Of a DNA stretch of 64,000 bases, positions 1 to 12,315 are shown one piece after another. The notes beneath the pieces are model-generated. The model was not told the DNA's origin. It ran no database searches and saw nothing but the letters and a program-made list of their open reading frames with translations. Origin of the DNA: Mustelus asterias (Eukaryota); assembly GCF_964213995.1 (NCBI RefSeq), contig NW_027590137.1, forward strand, positions 1,054,001 through 1,118,000. The letters are read 5' to 3'. Position 1 is the stretch's first letter. Every line of letters begins with the position of its first letter. A program made the position numbers and the translations under genes.

Positions 1-600
1 GCTTGACCATCCGGTCTTTGGTCACACCAGCGAATTCACACAGGAGAGAAGCTATTCACCTGTTCCGTGTGTGGTAAGAGATTCACTCTGTCATCTAACC
101 TGCTGTCACACCAGCGAGTTCACACAGAGGAGCGACCGTTCAGTTCCACTTCCTGTGGAAAGAGGTTCAGGTCTTCATCCAACCTCAGTGCACACAAGCG
201 AGTACACACTGGGGAAAGGCCGTTCACCTGTCCACGTGTGGGAGGGAATTCACCAATTCATCCGGCCTCCTGTCACATCAGCGAATTCACACTGAGGAGA
301 AGCCATTTATTTGCACATACTGTGGAAAGAGTTTCAGGCAGTTATCAATTCTCACTGCTCATCAACGCACTCACACTGGGGAGAGACCATTCACTTGCTC
401 CATGTGTGGGAAGTGATTCACTCAGTCTGGCAGCCTGCATTTACATGATCTCACCCACACTGAGGAGAGGCCATTCACTTGCTCTGTGTGGGAAGGGATA
501 CACTCGGTCATCCCACTTGCTGACACATCTGCAAGTTCACAATTGTCAGCAGGAGTTAGGTTTTGCAGTTACTGCTGCTGTTAATCACATTCAGGATTGA
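1..600 (+). pseudogene. 3' end of a frameshifted C2H2 zinc-finger array
   Basis: HTGERPF linkers and CxxC...HxxxH units switch frame near 230 and 480; one finger lacks a Cys (SSTSCG); followed by the family 3' tail (AVTAAVNHIQD*). Confidence 0.85.
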
Positions 601-979
601 TATTCTGACAATATTGGTTTGTTTCTGCTGACATTAACAATCCCTACAATTGGAATTCTGCTTTAATATTCTGAGATGTCACTGATTTTCAGGGCTGTTG
701 TGTCCCCTTTTAAACGTACTATCTGTGATTTTTTTGTTTGTTTTATTCAGGAACTCTCAACAGGAACTTGTTTATAATACATTTTCCTTCAATCTGAAAT
801 TGACGTTTGGTACAAACTACAATTCAGTGTCTGAAAGATTCCACTGATTAAGATTTCCAATGAGAAAATGCTGACAATTCTTACTGACTTACACATTCTT
901 CACAGTGACACTTCCACGATCACATTAAATTGTTAAGGAACATAAAACAATGCACAGATACTTGTTGGTACTGAACTTG

Positions 980-1420
980 AATATTGCTGACAAGAGAGAC
1001 ATGTTGCTGAATCTTTTCAGCATGCACTCATCAGGACAAACGGAAGAATGCCAAATTTTAAATGATTGCAATTTATACTACAGGAGAAAAGGGTGCTAAT
1101 TGGTGGACTCTCATTGACTTGAAGCTTTGCCATGGAGAAACCAATAGGAGACTGTAGGTTTCTCAAGCTTCTGGGAAATTCAAAAAAGGTACAAGGCTTT
1201 TGTTTGCAGGGAAAGGATCGCTGCATATATATATGTATGTCACTTCTCGCAAATATAACTGAGCCATATTATGAACTCGACTGATTATCTTCAATTGATT
1301 GAGTGTAGCTATTGGCACACTCAGGATTGTTCAGCAAGTGCTGCCCAATCTGTAATCACAGTAAATATTGTATTTTTGGTTTTGTGAGTGTGGGCTGCTG
1401 AAAAGAAAATCACTACCTAT
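980..1420 (-). mobile_element. Degenerate Penelope-like terminal repeat with a hammerhead-like motif
   Basis: Minus strand 1040-1001 reads tttgtc-CTGATGA-gtgcatgct-GAAA-agattc-agcaa; stems are imperfect and the extent of the repeat is uncertain. Confidence 0.35.
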
Positions 1421-1479
1421 TATGAACAAATCAAGGAACATGCTGTTTTATTCTGTCAGCCATTTACTGGGCGAGCCGG

Positions 1480-4400
1480 CACTGTAATGTTCACCATTTT
1501 ACATTCAAATCTGGGGGGGATAATGTTCATTGTTTTATTTTCGGGTCTGGGTGTGATAATGTTCTCTGTTTTATACTCGAGTCTGGGCTATAATATTCAC
1601 TCTTTTCTCTTCAGGTCTGGGTCAATAATCTTCACTGTTTTATATTCGGGTCTGGGGGGGAGAATGTTCACAGTTTTATATTCGGGTCTGGGGGATAATG
1701 TTCACTGTTTTATATTCGGGTCTGGGGGGGAGAATGTTCACTGTTTTATATTCGGGTCTGGGGGGGATAATGTTCACTGTTTTATATTCGGGTCTGGGGG
1801 ATAATGTTCACTGTTTTATATTCGGGTCTGGGGGGGATAATGTTCACTGTTTTATATTCGGGTCTGGGGGATAATGTTCACTGTTTTATATTCGGGTCTG
1901 GGGGGGATAATGTTCACTGTTTTATATTCGGGTCTGGGGGGGATAATGTTCACTGTTTTATATTCAAATCTGGGGGGGATAATGTTCACTGTTTTATATT
2001 CGGGTCTGAGGGATAATGTTCACTGTTTTATATTCGGTTCTGGGGGATAATGTTCACTGTTTTATATTCGGGTCTGGGGGATAATGTTCACTGTTTTATA
2101 TTCGGGTCTGGGGGGGATAATGTTCACTGTTTTATATTCGGGTCTGGGGGGGGGATAATGTTCACTGTTTTATATTCGGGTCTGGGGGGGATAATGTTCA
2201 CTGTTTTATATTCAGGTCTGGGGGGGATAATGTTCACTGTTTTATATTCAGGTCTGGGGGGGGATAATGTTCACTGTTTTATATTCGGGTATGGGGGGGG
2301 ATAATGTTCACTGTTTTATATTCAGGTCTGGGGGGGATAATGTTCACTGTTTTATATTCAGGTCTGGGGGGGATAATGTTCACTGTTTTATATTTGGGTC
2401 TGGGGGATAATGTTCACTGTTTTATATTCGGGTCTGGGCGGGGATAATGTTCACTGTTTTATATTCGGGTATGGGGGGGGATCATGTTCACTGTTTTATA
2501 TTCGGGTCTGGGGGGGGATAATGTTCACTGTTTTATATTCGGGTCTGGGGGATAATGTTCACTGTTTTATATTCGGGTCTGGGGGGATAATGTTCACTGT
2601 TTTATATTCGGGTCTGGGGGGGATAATGTTCACTGTTTTATATTCGGGTCTGGGGGGGGATAATGTTCACTGTTTTATATTCGGGTCTGGGGTGGATAAT
2701 GTTCACTGTTTTATATTCGGGTCTGGGGGATAATGTTCACTGTTTTATATTCGGGTCTGGGGGGATAATGTTCACTGTTTTATATTCGGGTCTGGGGGGG
2801 ATAATGTTCACTGTTTTATATTCGGGTCTGGGGGGGGATAATGTTCACTGTTTTATATTCGGGTCTGGGGGGGATAATGTTCACTGTTTTATATTCGGGT
2901 CTGGGGGGGATAATGTTCACTGTTTTATATTCAGGTCTGGGGGGGATAATGTTCACTGTTTTATATTCGGGTCTGGGGGATAATGTTCACTTTTATATTC
3001 GGGTCTGGGGGGGATAATGTTCACTGTTTTATATTTGGGTCTGGGGGATAATGTTCACTGTTTTATATTCGGGTCTGGGGGGGGATAATGTTCACTGTTT
3101 TATATTCGGGTATGGGGGGGGATAATGTTCACTGTTTTATATTCGGGTCTGGGGGGGATAATGTTCACTGTTTTATATTTGGGTCTGGGGGATAATGTTC
3201 ACTGTTTTATATTCGGGTCTGGGGGGGATAATGTTCACTGTTTTATATTCGGGTCTGGGGGGGATAATGTTCACTGTTTTATATTCGGGTCTGGGGGGGA
3301 TAATGTTCACTTTTATATTTGGGTCTGGGGGGGATAATGTTCACTGTTTTATATTCGGGTCTGGGGGGGATAATGTTCACTTTTATATTTGGGTCTGGGG
3401 GGGATAATGTTCACTGTTTTATATTCAGGTCTGGGGGAGAATGTTCACTGTTTTATATTCAGGTCTGGGGGAGAATGTTCACTGTTTTATATTCGGGTCT
3501 GGGAGATAATGTTCACTGTTTTATATTCAGGTCTGGGGGGGGATAATGTTCACTGTTTTATATTCGGGTCTGGGAGATAATGTTCACTGTTTTATATTCG
3601 GGTCTGGGGGATAATGTTCACTGTTTTATATTCGGGTCTGGGGGATAATGTTCTCTGTTTTATACTCGAGTCTGGGCTATAATATTCACTCTTTTCTCTT
3701 CAGGTCTGGGTCAATAATCTTCACTGTTTTATATTCGGGTCTGGGGGGGAGAATGTTCACTGTTTTATATTCGGGTCTGGGGGGGATAATGTTCACTGTT
3801 TTATATTTGGGTCTGGGGGATAATGTTCACTGTTTTATATTCGGGTCTGGGGGGGGATAATGTTCACTGTTTTATATTCGGGTATGGGGGGGGATAATGT
3901 TCACTGTTTTATATTCGGGTCTGGGGGGGATAATGTTCACTGTTTTATATTTGGGTCTGGGGGATAATGTTCACTGTTTTATATTCGGGTCTGGGGGGGA
4001 TAATGTTCACTGTTTTATATTCGGGTCTGGGGGGGATAATGTTCACTGTTTTATATTCGGGTCTGGGGGGGATAATGTTCACTTTTATATTTGGGTCTGG
4101 GGGGGATAATGTTCACTGTTTTATATTCGGGTCTGGGGGGGATAATGTTCACTGTTTTATATTTGGGTCTGGGGGGGATAATGTTCACTGTTTTATATTC
4201 AGGTCTGGGGGAGAATGTTCACTGTTTTATATTCAGGTCTGGGGGAGAATGTTCACTGTTTTATATTCGGGTCTGGGAGATAATGTTCACTGTTTTATAT
4301 TCAGGTCTGGGGGGGGATAATGTTCACTGTTTTATATTCGGGTCTGGGAGATAATGTTCACTGTTTTATATTCGGGTCTGGGGGATAATGTTCACTGTTT

Positions 4401-5215
4401 TATATTCGGGTCTGGGGGATAATGTTCTCTGTTTTATACTCGAGTCTGGGCTATAATATTCACTCTTTTCTCTTCAGGTCTGGGTCAATAATCTTCACTG
4501 TTTTATATTCGGGTCTGGGGGGGAGAATGTTCACTGTTTTATATTCGGGTCTGGGGGATAATGTTCACTGTTTTATATTCGGGTCTGGGGGGGAGAATGT
4601 TCACTGTTTTATATTCGGGTCTGGGGGGATAATGTTCACTGTTTTATATTCGGGTCTGGGGGGGGAATAATGTTCACTGTTTTATATTCGGGTCTGGGGG
4701 GGGATAATGTTCACTGTTTTATATTCAGGTCTCGGGGGGATAATGTTCACTGTTTTATATTCGGGTCTGGGGGGGGATAATGTTCACTGTTTTATATTCG
4801 GGTCTGGGGGATAATGTTCACTGTTTTATATTCGGGTCTGGGGGGGATAATGTTCACTGTTTTATATTCGGGTCTGGGGGATAATGTTCACTGTTTTATA
4901 TTCGGGTCTGGGGGGGATAATGTTCACTGTTTTATATTCGGGTCTGGGGGATAATGTTCACTGTTTTATATTCGGGTCTGGGGGGGATAATGTTCACTGT
5001 TTTATATTCGGGTCTGGGGGATAATGTTCACTGTTTTATATTCGGGTCTGGGGGGATAATGTTCACTGTTTTATATTCAGGTCTGGGGGGGATAATGTTC
5101 ACTGTTTTATATTTGGGTCTGGGGGGGATAATGTTCACTGTTTTATATTTGGGTCTGGGGGGGATAATGTTCACTGTTTTATATTTGGGTCTGGGGGGGA
5201 TAATGTTCACTGTCT
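1480..5215. repeat. Minisatellite, unit ATAATGTTCACTGTTTTATATTCGGGTCT+G(5-9), 34-38 bp, about 100 copies
   Basis: Directly visible tandem array. A variant block (ttctctgttttatactcgag...) recurs near 1560, 3650 and 4425. Confidence 0.98.
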
Positions 5216-6545
5216 GGGGTTTGTTAGCTCGGGTTGTTTCTGCCTCATGGTGCATTCCAGGCTGTCAGAGCTGTCATTAAAAGCCCTAATTTCCAGTCAG
5301 TGACTGAGTTGTCTCTGATGGGATGGAGAATCAGAGTGGGGGTAATGTGCTTCATGGACAGCGATGGGTGGGAGTGAGTATAAAATAAACCAGGACTACA
5401 CCAAGTAGTTTTGAGAACATTGAAACCATCACAAAATATCACAGCATCATGTTGGAAAACAGAATACTTTATCTGAATCTTTGATCAATTTTGTTTGATT
5501 CAATATTGTGAGTGACTTGTTGGATTGCTGGTTATTTTCTAAAGGCAGCTCAGCACCATCATTTTGACCATCAACTCGGCCCTGGTAACTGCTGCTTTTT
5601 TTCTGCACCTTCTGTTTTAATTTTAAGTGGAACCTTAATATTTGCTTGGTACACCGGCCGATTGATCTTTCCAGGGGTGAGTGTGTCTGAGAAATATACA
5701 ACTAAAAACATTCTCTATTTACCTCCTGCATTGCTGCAGTAAATATACATTGTTCTGACTCTGCCAGCAGGGCTGTGGAATTAATTGGATCGATCTTAAA
5801 GAGAGCCCGGCTGGGCAGGATAAAGTCACAGAGGTTTACAGCATGGAAATGTGAGCCAAATGGTTTCCATCTGTGATGTATCATTGCATAAAACAGAATA
5901 TTCAGTCTCAGGAGAAAGAAAGTGAAATAAACCAGTTTCTGGGGGATTTACCCAATCAGTATGAGCACCTTCAGGAGAGCGGGGGGAGGGGGGAAACCAG
6001 TGAGAAATGTTTTAAAAACTCAGGGTGTTCCCACAGGAGAGCACTGGTTTAAATCAATTTTAGAAATAGAGAATGGCAGTGCACAAATTCAGAGGAATGT
6101 ATTTTAAAAAATTAATTGATCTCAATTGCACAAGATAATTTTCTATTATGTCTTTGATTGACAATGGCGCTGTTAATTCCCAGGTGCCCCTGCGGTTGTG
6201 AACGTGCCCTATTCTTCCGGTGAAGCGGGCAGAGAGGGGAGTGATTTTTGGAGGGCAGAACTGGAAGATAAGATAAGCTGAATTTATTTTTACTTACTTT
6301 TTTCGGAGTTGTTTTTTTCCTGAGAAACAGGAAACTGGAAGTCAGCCGTAGGGAGACCTGGGACGTTTTTTTTTTGCCCACTAAATTTGAACGGGGAGGT
6401 AACCCGAGACTCTACACGTGTATAGAGTCTCCCACCCTCCCTCCTCCTCTAACCTAAAAAAAAAGACTCGGTGTGAGAGCAGGTGAGCTTTCTTTTTCTT
6501 TTTCTTCTTTTCTCTTTCGTTTATTAGTTCGGGAAGTTAGCAGGG

Positions 6546-7469
6546 ATGTCAGTGCAGGCAGTGCAATGTTCCTCCTGTGGGATGTGTGAGGTGAGGGACA
6601 CCATTAGTGTCCCAGCTGAGTACACCTGCAGGAAGTGCACCCAATTCCAGCTCCTTGAAGACCATGTTAGGGATCTGGAGTTGGAACTGGATGAACTCAG
6701 GATCATTCGGGAGGCAGAGACAGTTATAGATAAAAGCTACAGGGAGGTTCATACTCCTAGGAATGAGGATACTTGGGTGACTGTTAGAAAGGGTAAGAAG
6801 CAGACAGTGCAGCGATCCCCTGTGGCCGTTCCTCTGTATAACAAGTATACCGTTTTGGATACTGTTGGGGAGGGCGACTTACCAGGGGTAAGCCATGGGG
6901 TACAGATCTCTGGCACAGAGTCTGTCCCTGTTGCTCAGAAGGGAAAGGGGGGGAGGAGTAGAGCATTAGTCATTGGGAACTGCATAGTTAGGGGGACAGA
7001 TCGGAGATTCTGTGAGAGCGAGAGGGACTCGCGGCTGGTGTGTTGCCTCCCAGGTACCAGGGTCTTTGATGTCTCGGATCGTGTTTTCAAGATCCTTAAG
7101 GGGGAAGGGGACCAGCCCCAAGTTGTGGTCCACACAGGCACCAATGACATAGGTAGGAAAAGAGATGGGGATATAAGGCAGAAATTCAGGGAGTTAGGGT
7201 GGAAGCTTAGAGCGAGAACAAATAGAGTTGTTATCTCTGGTTTGTTACCCGTGCCACGTGCTAGTGAGGAGAGGAATAGGGAGAGAGAGCAGTTGAACAC
7301 GTGGCTACAGGAATGGTGCAGGAGGGAAGGATTTAGATACCTGGATAATTGGCGCTCATTCTGGGGTAGGTGGGACCTCTACAAACGGGATGGTCTTCAC
7401 CTGGACCAGAGGGGTACTAATATCCTGGGGGGGAAATTTGCTAATGCTCTTCGGGAGGGTTTAAACTAA
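6546..7469 (+). CDS. CR1 ORF1p: zinc finger/leucine zipper plus SGNH-like esterase domain
   Basis: CxxC...CxxC followed by heptad leucines; esterase blocks VIGNCIVR (GDS-like), HTGTND and DGLHL; ends REGLN*. Confidence 0.92.
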   Translation: MSVQAVQCSSCGMCEVRDTISVPAEYTCRKCTQFQLLEDHVRDLELELDELRIIREAETVIDKSYREVHTPRNEDTWVTVRKGKKQTVQRSPVAVPLYNKYTVLDTVGEGDLPGVSHGVQISGTESVPVAQKGKGGRSRALVIGNCIVRGTDRRFCESERDSRLVCCLPGTRVFDVSDRVFKILKGEGDQPQVVVHTGTNDIGRKRDGDIRQKFRELGWKLRARTNRVVISGLLPVPRASEERNREREQLNTWLQEWCRREGFRYLDNWRSFWGRWDLYKRDGLHLDQRGTNILGGKFANALREGLN

Positions 7470-10294
7470 TTCGGCAGGGGGGTGGGAACCTGGATTTCTG
7501 CTCCAGTGTACAGGAGGATGTGAGTGGTGAGGTGATGAATAAGATTTCAAGGTCGCAGGAGTGTACCGGCAGGCAGGAAGGTGCTTTGAAGTGTGTCTAC
7601 TTCAATGCCAGGAGCATCCGGAATAACGTGGGTGAACTTGCAGCATGGGCTGGTACCTGGGACTTCGATGTTGTGGCCATTTCGGGGACATGGATAGAGC
7701 AGGGACAGGAATGGTTGTTGCAGGTTCCGGGGTTTAGATGTTTCAGTAAGATCAGGGAAGGTGGTAAAAGAGGAGGAGGTGCGGCATTGTTAGTCAAGGA
7801 CAGTATTACGGTGGCCGAAAGGATGTTTGATGAGGACTCGTCTACTGAGGTAGTATGGGCTGAGGTTAGAAACAGGAAAGGAGAGGTCACCCTGATGGGA
7901 GTTTTCTATAGGTCTCCGAAAAGTTCCAGAGATGTAGAGGAAAAGATTGCAAAGATGATTCTGGATAGGAGCGAAAGTAACAGGGCAGTTGTTATGGGGG
8001 ACTTTAACTTTACAAATATTGACTGGAAATGCTATAGTTCGAGTACTTTAGATGGGTCAGTTTTTGTCCAATGTGTGCAGGAGGGTTTGCTGACACAGTA
8101 TGTAGATAGACCAACAAGAGGCGAGGCCACATTGGATTTGGTACTGGGTAATGAACCAGGCCAGGTGTTAGATTTGGAGGTAGGTGAACACTTTGGTGAT
8201 AGTGACCACAATTCGGTTACGTTTACTTTAGCAATGGAAAGGGATAGGTATACACCGCAGGGCAAGTATTATAGCTGGGGGAAAGGAAATTATGATGCGA
8301 TTAGGCGAGATTTAGGATGCACAGGATGGGGAAGAAATCTGTAGGGGATGGGCACAATTGAAATGTGGAGCTTGTTCAATGAACAGCTACTGCGTGTCCT
8401 TGATAAGTATGTACCTGTCAGGCAAGGAGGTAGTGGTCGAGCGGGGGAACCGTGGTTTACTAAAGAAGTTGAATCTCTTGTGAAGAGGAAGAAGGAGACT
8501 TATGTAAAGATGAGACGTGAAGGCTCAGTAAGGGCGCTTGAGAGTTACAAGTTCGCCAGGAAGGAGCTGAAGAGAGAGCTAAGAAGAGCCAGGAGGGGAC
8601 ATGAGAAGTCTTTGGCAGGTAGGATCAAGGAAAATCCTAACGCTTTCTACAGGTATGTCAGGAATAAAAGAATGACTAGGGTAAGATTAGGGCCAGTCAA
8701 GGACAGTAGTGGGAAGTTGTGCGTGGAGTCTGAAGAGATAGGAGAGGCGCTAAATGAATATTTTTCGTCAGTATTCACACAGGAAAAAGACAATGTTGTC
8801 GAAGAGAATACTGAGATACAGGCTATTGGACTAGACGGGATTGAGGTTCATAAGGAGGAGGTGTTAGCAATTCTGGAAAGTGTGAAAATAGATAAGTCCC
8901 CTGGGCCGGATGGGATTTATCCTAGCATTCGCTGGGAAGCTAGGGAGGAGATTGCAGAGCCTTTGGCTTTGATTTTTATGTCATTGTCTACAGGAATAGT
9001 GCCAGAAGACTGGAGAATAGCAAATGTTGTCCCCTTGTTCAAGAAGGGGAGTAGAGACAACCCTGGTAATTATAGACCAGTGAGCCTTACTTCTGTTGTG
9101 GGCAAAGTTTTGGAAAGGATTAGAAGAGATAGGATTTATAATCATCTCGAAATTAATAATTTGATTAGGGATAGTCAGCACGGTTTTGTGAAGGGAAGGT
9201 CGTGCTTCACAAACCTTATTGAGTTCTTTGAGAAGGTGACCAAAGAGGTGGATGAGGGTAAAGCAGTTGATGTGGTGTTTATGGATTTAAGTAAAGCATT
9301 TGATAAAGTTCCCCACGGTAGGCTATTGCAGAAAATACAGAGGCATGGGATTGAGGGTGATTTTGAGATTTGGATCAGAAATTGGCTAGCTGTAAGAAGA
9401 CAGAGGGTGGTGGTTGATGGGAAATGTTCATCCTGGAGTTCAGTTACTAGTGTACCGCAAGGATCTGTTTTGGGGCCACTTTTGTTTGTCATTTTTATAA
9501 ATGGTCTGGATGAGGGCGTAGAAGGATGGGTTAGTAAATTTGCGGATGACACTAAAGTCGGTGGAGTTGAGGACAGTGTGGAAGGATGTTGCAGGTTACA
9601 GAGGGACATAGATAAGCTGCAGTGCTGGGCTGAGAGGTGGCAAATGGAGTTTGATGTGGAAAAGTGTGAGGTGATTCACTTTGGAAGGAGTAACAGGAAT
9701 ACAGAGTACTGGGCTAATGGTAAGATACTTGGTAGTGTGGATGAGCAGAGAGATCTCGATGTCCATGTGCATAGATCCCTGAAAGTTGGCACCCAGATTG
9801 ATAGGGTTGCTAAGAAGGCGTACAGTGTGTTAGCTTTTATTAGAAGAGGGATTGAGTTTCGGAGCCATGCTGTCATGTTGCAGCTGTACAAAACTCTGGT
9901 GCGGCCGCACTTGGACTATTGCGTACAGTTCTGGTCGCCGCATTATAGGAAGGATGTGGAAGCATTGGAAAGGGTGCAGAGGAGATTTACCAGGATGTTG
10001 CCTGGTATGGTGGGAAGGTCTTATGAGGAAAGGCTGAGTGACTTGAGGCTTTTTTCGTTGGAGAGAAGAAGTTTAAGAGGTGACTTAATAGAGGCATTCA
10101 AGATGATCAGAGGATTAGATAAGTTGGACAGTGTAAGCCTTTTTCCTCGGATGATGATGGCTAGCACGAGGGGGCATAGCTTTAAATTGAGGGGTGATAG
10201 ATATAGATCAGATGTCAGAGGTAGGTTCTTTACTCAGAGAGTAGTAAGGGTGTGGAATGCCCTGCCTGCAACAGTAGTGGACTCGTCAACATGA
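7466..10294 (+). pseudogene. CR1 ORF2 (APE endonuclease + reverse transcriptase) with an in-frame TAG at 8342-8344 and a probably premature TGA at 10292
   Basis: YFNARSI, GDFN and SDH APE motifs; [13 protein letters not shown] and FADD RT motifs. ORFs 7520-8344 and 8348-10294 are in the same frame. Confidence 0.95.
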
Positions 10295-10439
10295 AGGGCA
10301 TTTAAAGGGTCATTGGATAAACATATGGATGAGATTGGAATAGTGTAGGTTGGATGGGTTTAGATTCGTTTCACAGGTCGGTGCAACATTGAGGGCCGAA
10401 GGGCCTGTACTGCGCTGTAATGTTCTATGTTCTATAGTC

Positions 10440-10860
10440 ATTCCACAGGAGCCTATTGCGCAGGCGCAGTGCTGTATCTGGGGCATGCGCAGTGTCACTG
10501 CTCAGAGTCCTGAATGCGGGAGACGCTTTTTTCAGCGGGTGAGTCGGTTGGGCTGCGGGAGAAGTGGAGCCGGGAGTTGGGGTAGGGAGGGAGCGAGCGG
10601 AGGCTTCACAAACATCCGCTGTAGGCTGCACGGCCCGAATCAGACCCTGCAGGTCCCGGGTTTACAGCTCCCAGGCTTTTATCTCGGGAACAGGCCCCGG
10701 TTATCGGCCGCCATCTTGTTTCAGCGGGGAAGGAGGGCACATGCGCTGCTGTCTGTGACGGGTCACAATGGGCGTGGTTTCGGGGGCTGGTTCAGAACCT
10801 CTATCTTCAGAGGGACAATAGGTAGCAGGGCGCATGCGCAGCTATCCAAGAACATCGGAA
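10440..10860 (+). promoter_or_regulatory. CpG-island promoter/first exon of the ZNF gene at 14.5 kb
   Basis: NRF1-type TGCGCAGGCGCA and GCGCATGCGCA, YY1-type GCCGCCATCTT near 10708, and a donor-like GGTGAGT near 10548. Confidence 0.7.
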
Positions 10861-11625
10861 TAAGAATTCGAAACAGGAGCCCGTCATTCGGCCCATCGAG
10901 CCTGCTGCATCATTCAATAAGATCATGTCTACTTTGCTACCCCCAGCCCGTCCATACCCTTAACTCTCTTGTGGATCAAAACCTCAGCTTTGAATATATT
11001 CAATGACCTGCCTCCAATCCTCACTGGTGAAGACAGAGTTCCAAAGATCAACAACCCGCTGAGAGAAAAGATCTCTCTTCATCTTCATCTTAAATTTGAG
11101 ATCCTTTATTTTTACTTGATTCCCACACCTGAGGAAACATCCTCTCAGCATCTACCTTGTCAAGCACCTTATATCATATGAATCACAGAATCCCTACAGT
11201 GCAGAAGCAGGCCATTTGGCCCATCGAGTCTGTGCCGACCACAATCCCACCCAAGCCCCATCCCCACAACCCCATGCATTTGACACGAGGGTCAATTTAG
11301 CATAGCCAATCCACCGAACCACAGTCTTTGGACTGTGGAAGGAAACCAGAGCACCTGGAGGAAACCCACACAGACAGTGCACAGAAAATGTGCAAACTCC
11401 ACACAGACAGTGACCCAAGGCCGGAATTGAACCTGGGACCCTGGCGCTGTGAGGCAGCAGTGCTAGCCACCATGCCGCCCTTAAATTCCCAGATATTTCA
11501 ATAGGATTACTTCTCAGTCTTCTAAACTCCAAAGAGTACAGGCCCAAGCTGCTCAACCTGAAAGATAAAACCCCTCATTTCAGGAATCAACCAACTGGAT
11601 CTTCCCTGAACTGCCTCCACTGCAA
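10860..11625 (-). mobile_element. Old CR1 3' fragment interrupted by an HE1-type SINE (about 11185-11481)
   Basis: LGLYSLEFRRLR remnant; SINE with tRNA-like head and CR1-derived tail. Confidence 0.8.
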
Positions 11626-12034
11626 TTTTGTCCCAGCTGAAGTAATTCTGTGCCAGGTTAAAGGAGGAGTGAATGTTTGGAATTTCTGTTCTGGACAGAT
11701 GCTGATGGATTTTGGAAACTCCTTTTACAGGGGATTAGAAGGGAAAGATTTACACACAGCAAACTCAGACCAAAAGAAATGTTTGTCTGTCTTGAATTTC
11801 TAACCTTGAATTACACCTATAACTTTCCTCATTTACAGGGACAAGATTTGAAGATTGCAACATTTTTCCCGGACACCAATCTCTCTGAGATCTTTGCAGA
11901 TGTAGACTCCAGCGGATTTAAAATGTTGAAAACAGTGAAATGGTTTTGGGGTGAGTGCTACTGAGCATTAAGTTAAATTTAGAGCATGCTCTGATTCCAT
12001 GGATCTCGGGCTACTGTGACTCCTTTACCATGGA

Positions 12035-12315
12035 TGGGCAGGCAATGGTGCAGTGATAGTGTTATTGGATTAGTAATACAGGGATCCAGGGCAATGCACT
12101 GTGAACCCTGGGTTCGAATCCCACAGTGGCAGATGTTGAAATTTGAATTCAGTAAAAATCTAGAATTGGAAGTCCATTGATGACAATTGTTGTAAAAATC
12201 CATCTGATTTAATAATGTCCTTTAAAGAAGGAAATCTACCACATCCCCCAGCAATGCAAGCCACTCAGTTCAAGGGCAATGAGTTATGGGCAGTAGATGC
12301 TGATGCAGCCAGCAC
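12035..12315 (+). mobile_element. tRNA-derived SINE (family also near 20460-20640 and 28695-29630)
   Basis: B-box GGTTCGAATCCC plus shared body (aaggaaatct, aagccactcagttc, gggcaa). Confidence 0.7.

Larger units (their letters stand above)
6250..10435 (+). mobile_element. Near-full-length CR1-clade LINE (shark HER1-like)
   Basis: 5' UTR, ORF1, ORF2 (APE+RT) and a 3' end with (TGTTCTA)n repeats near 10420-10435; 5' boundary approximate. Confidence 0.95.

Noticed and set aside
1480-5215. CRISPR-like repeat of about 36 bp
   Set aside because: No unique spacers, no cas genes, vertebrate context.
1388-5280. Many ORFs with MFTVLYSGLGG / DNVHCFIFGSGG repeats
   Set aside because: Translations of the minisatellite; the frame changes with each G-run length.
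10350-11006. ORFs across CpG islands (also 24226-24861, 50419-50961 and 60178-60816)
   Set aside because: GC-rich promoter sequence is poor in stops; non-ATG starts and no recognisable domains.
12100-12130. tRNA genes suggested by GGTTCGAATCCC-type B-boxes
   Set aside because: These are SINE heads; no complete cloverleaf.
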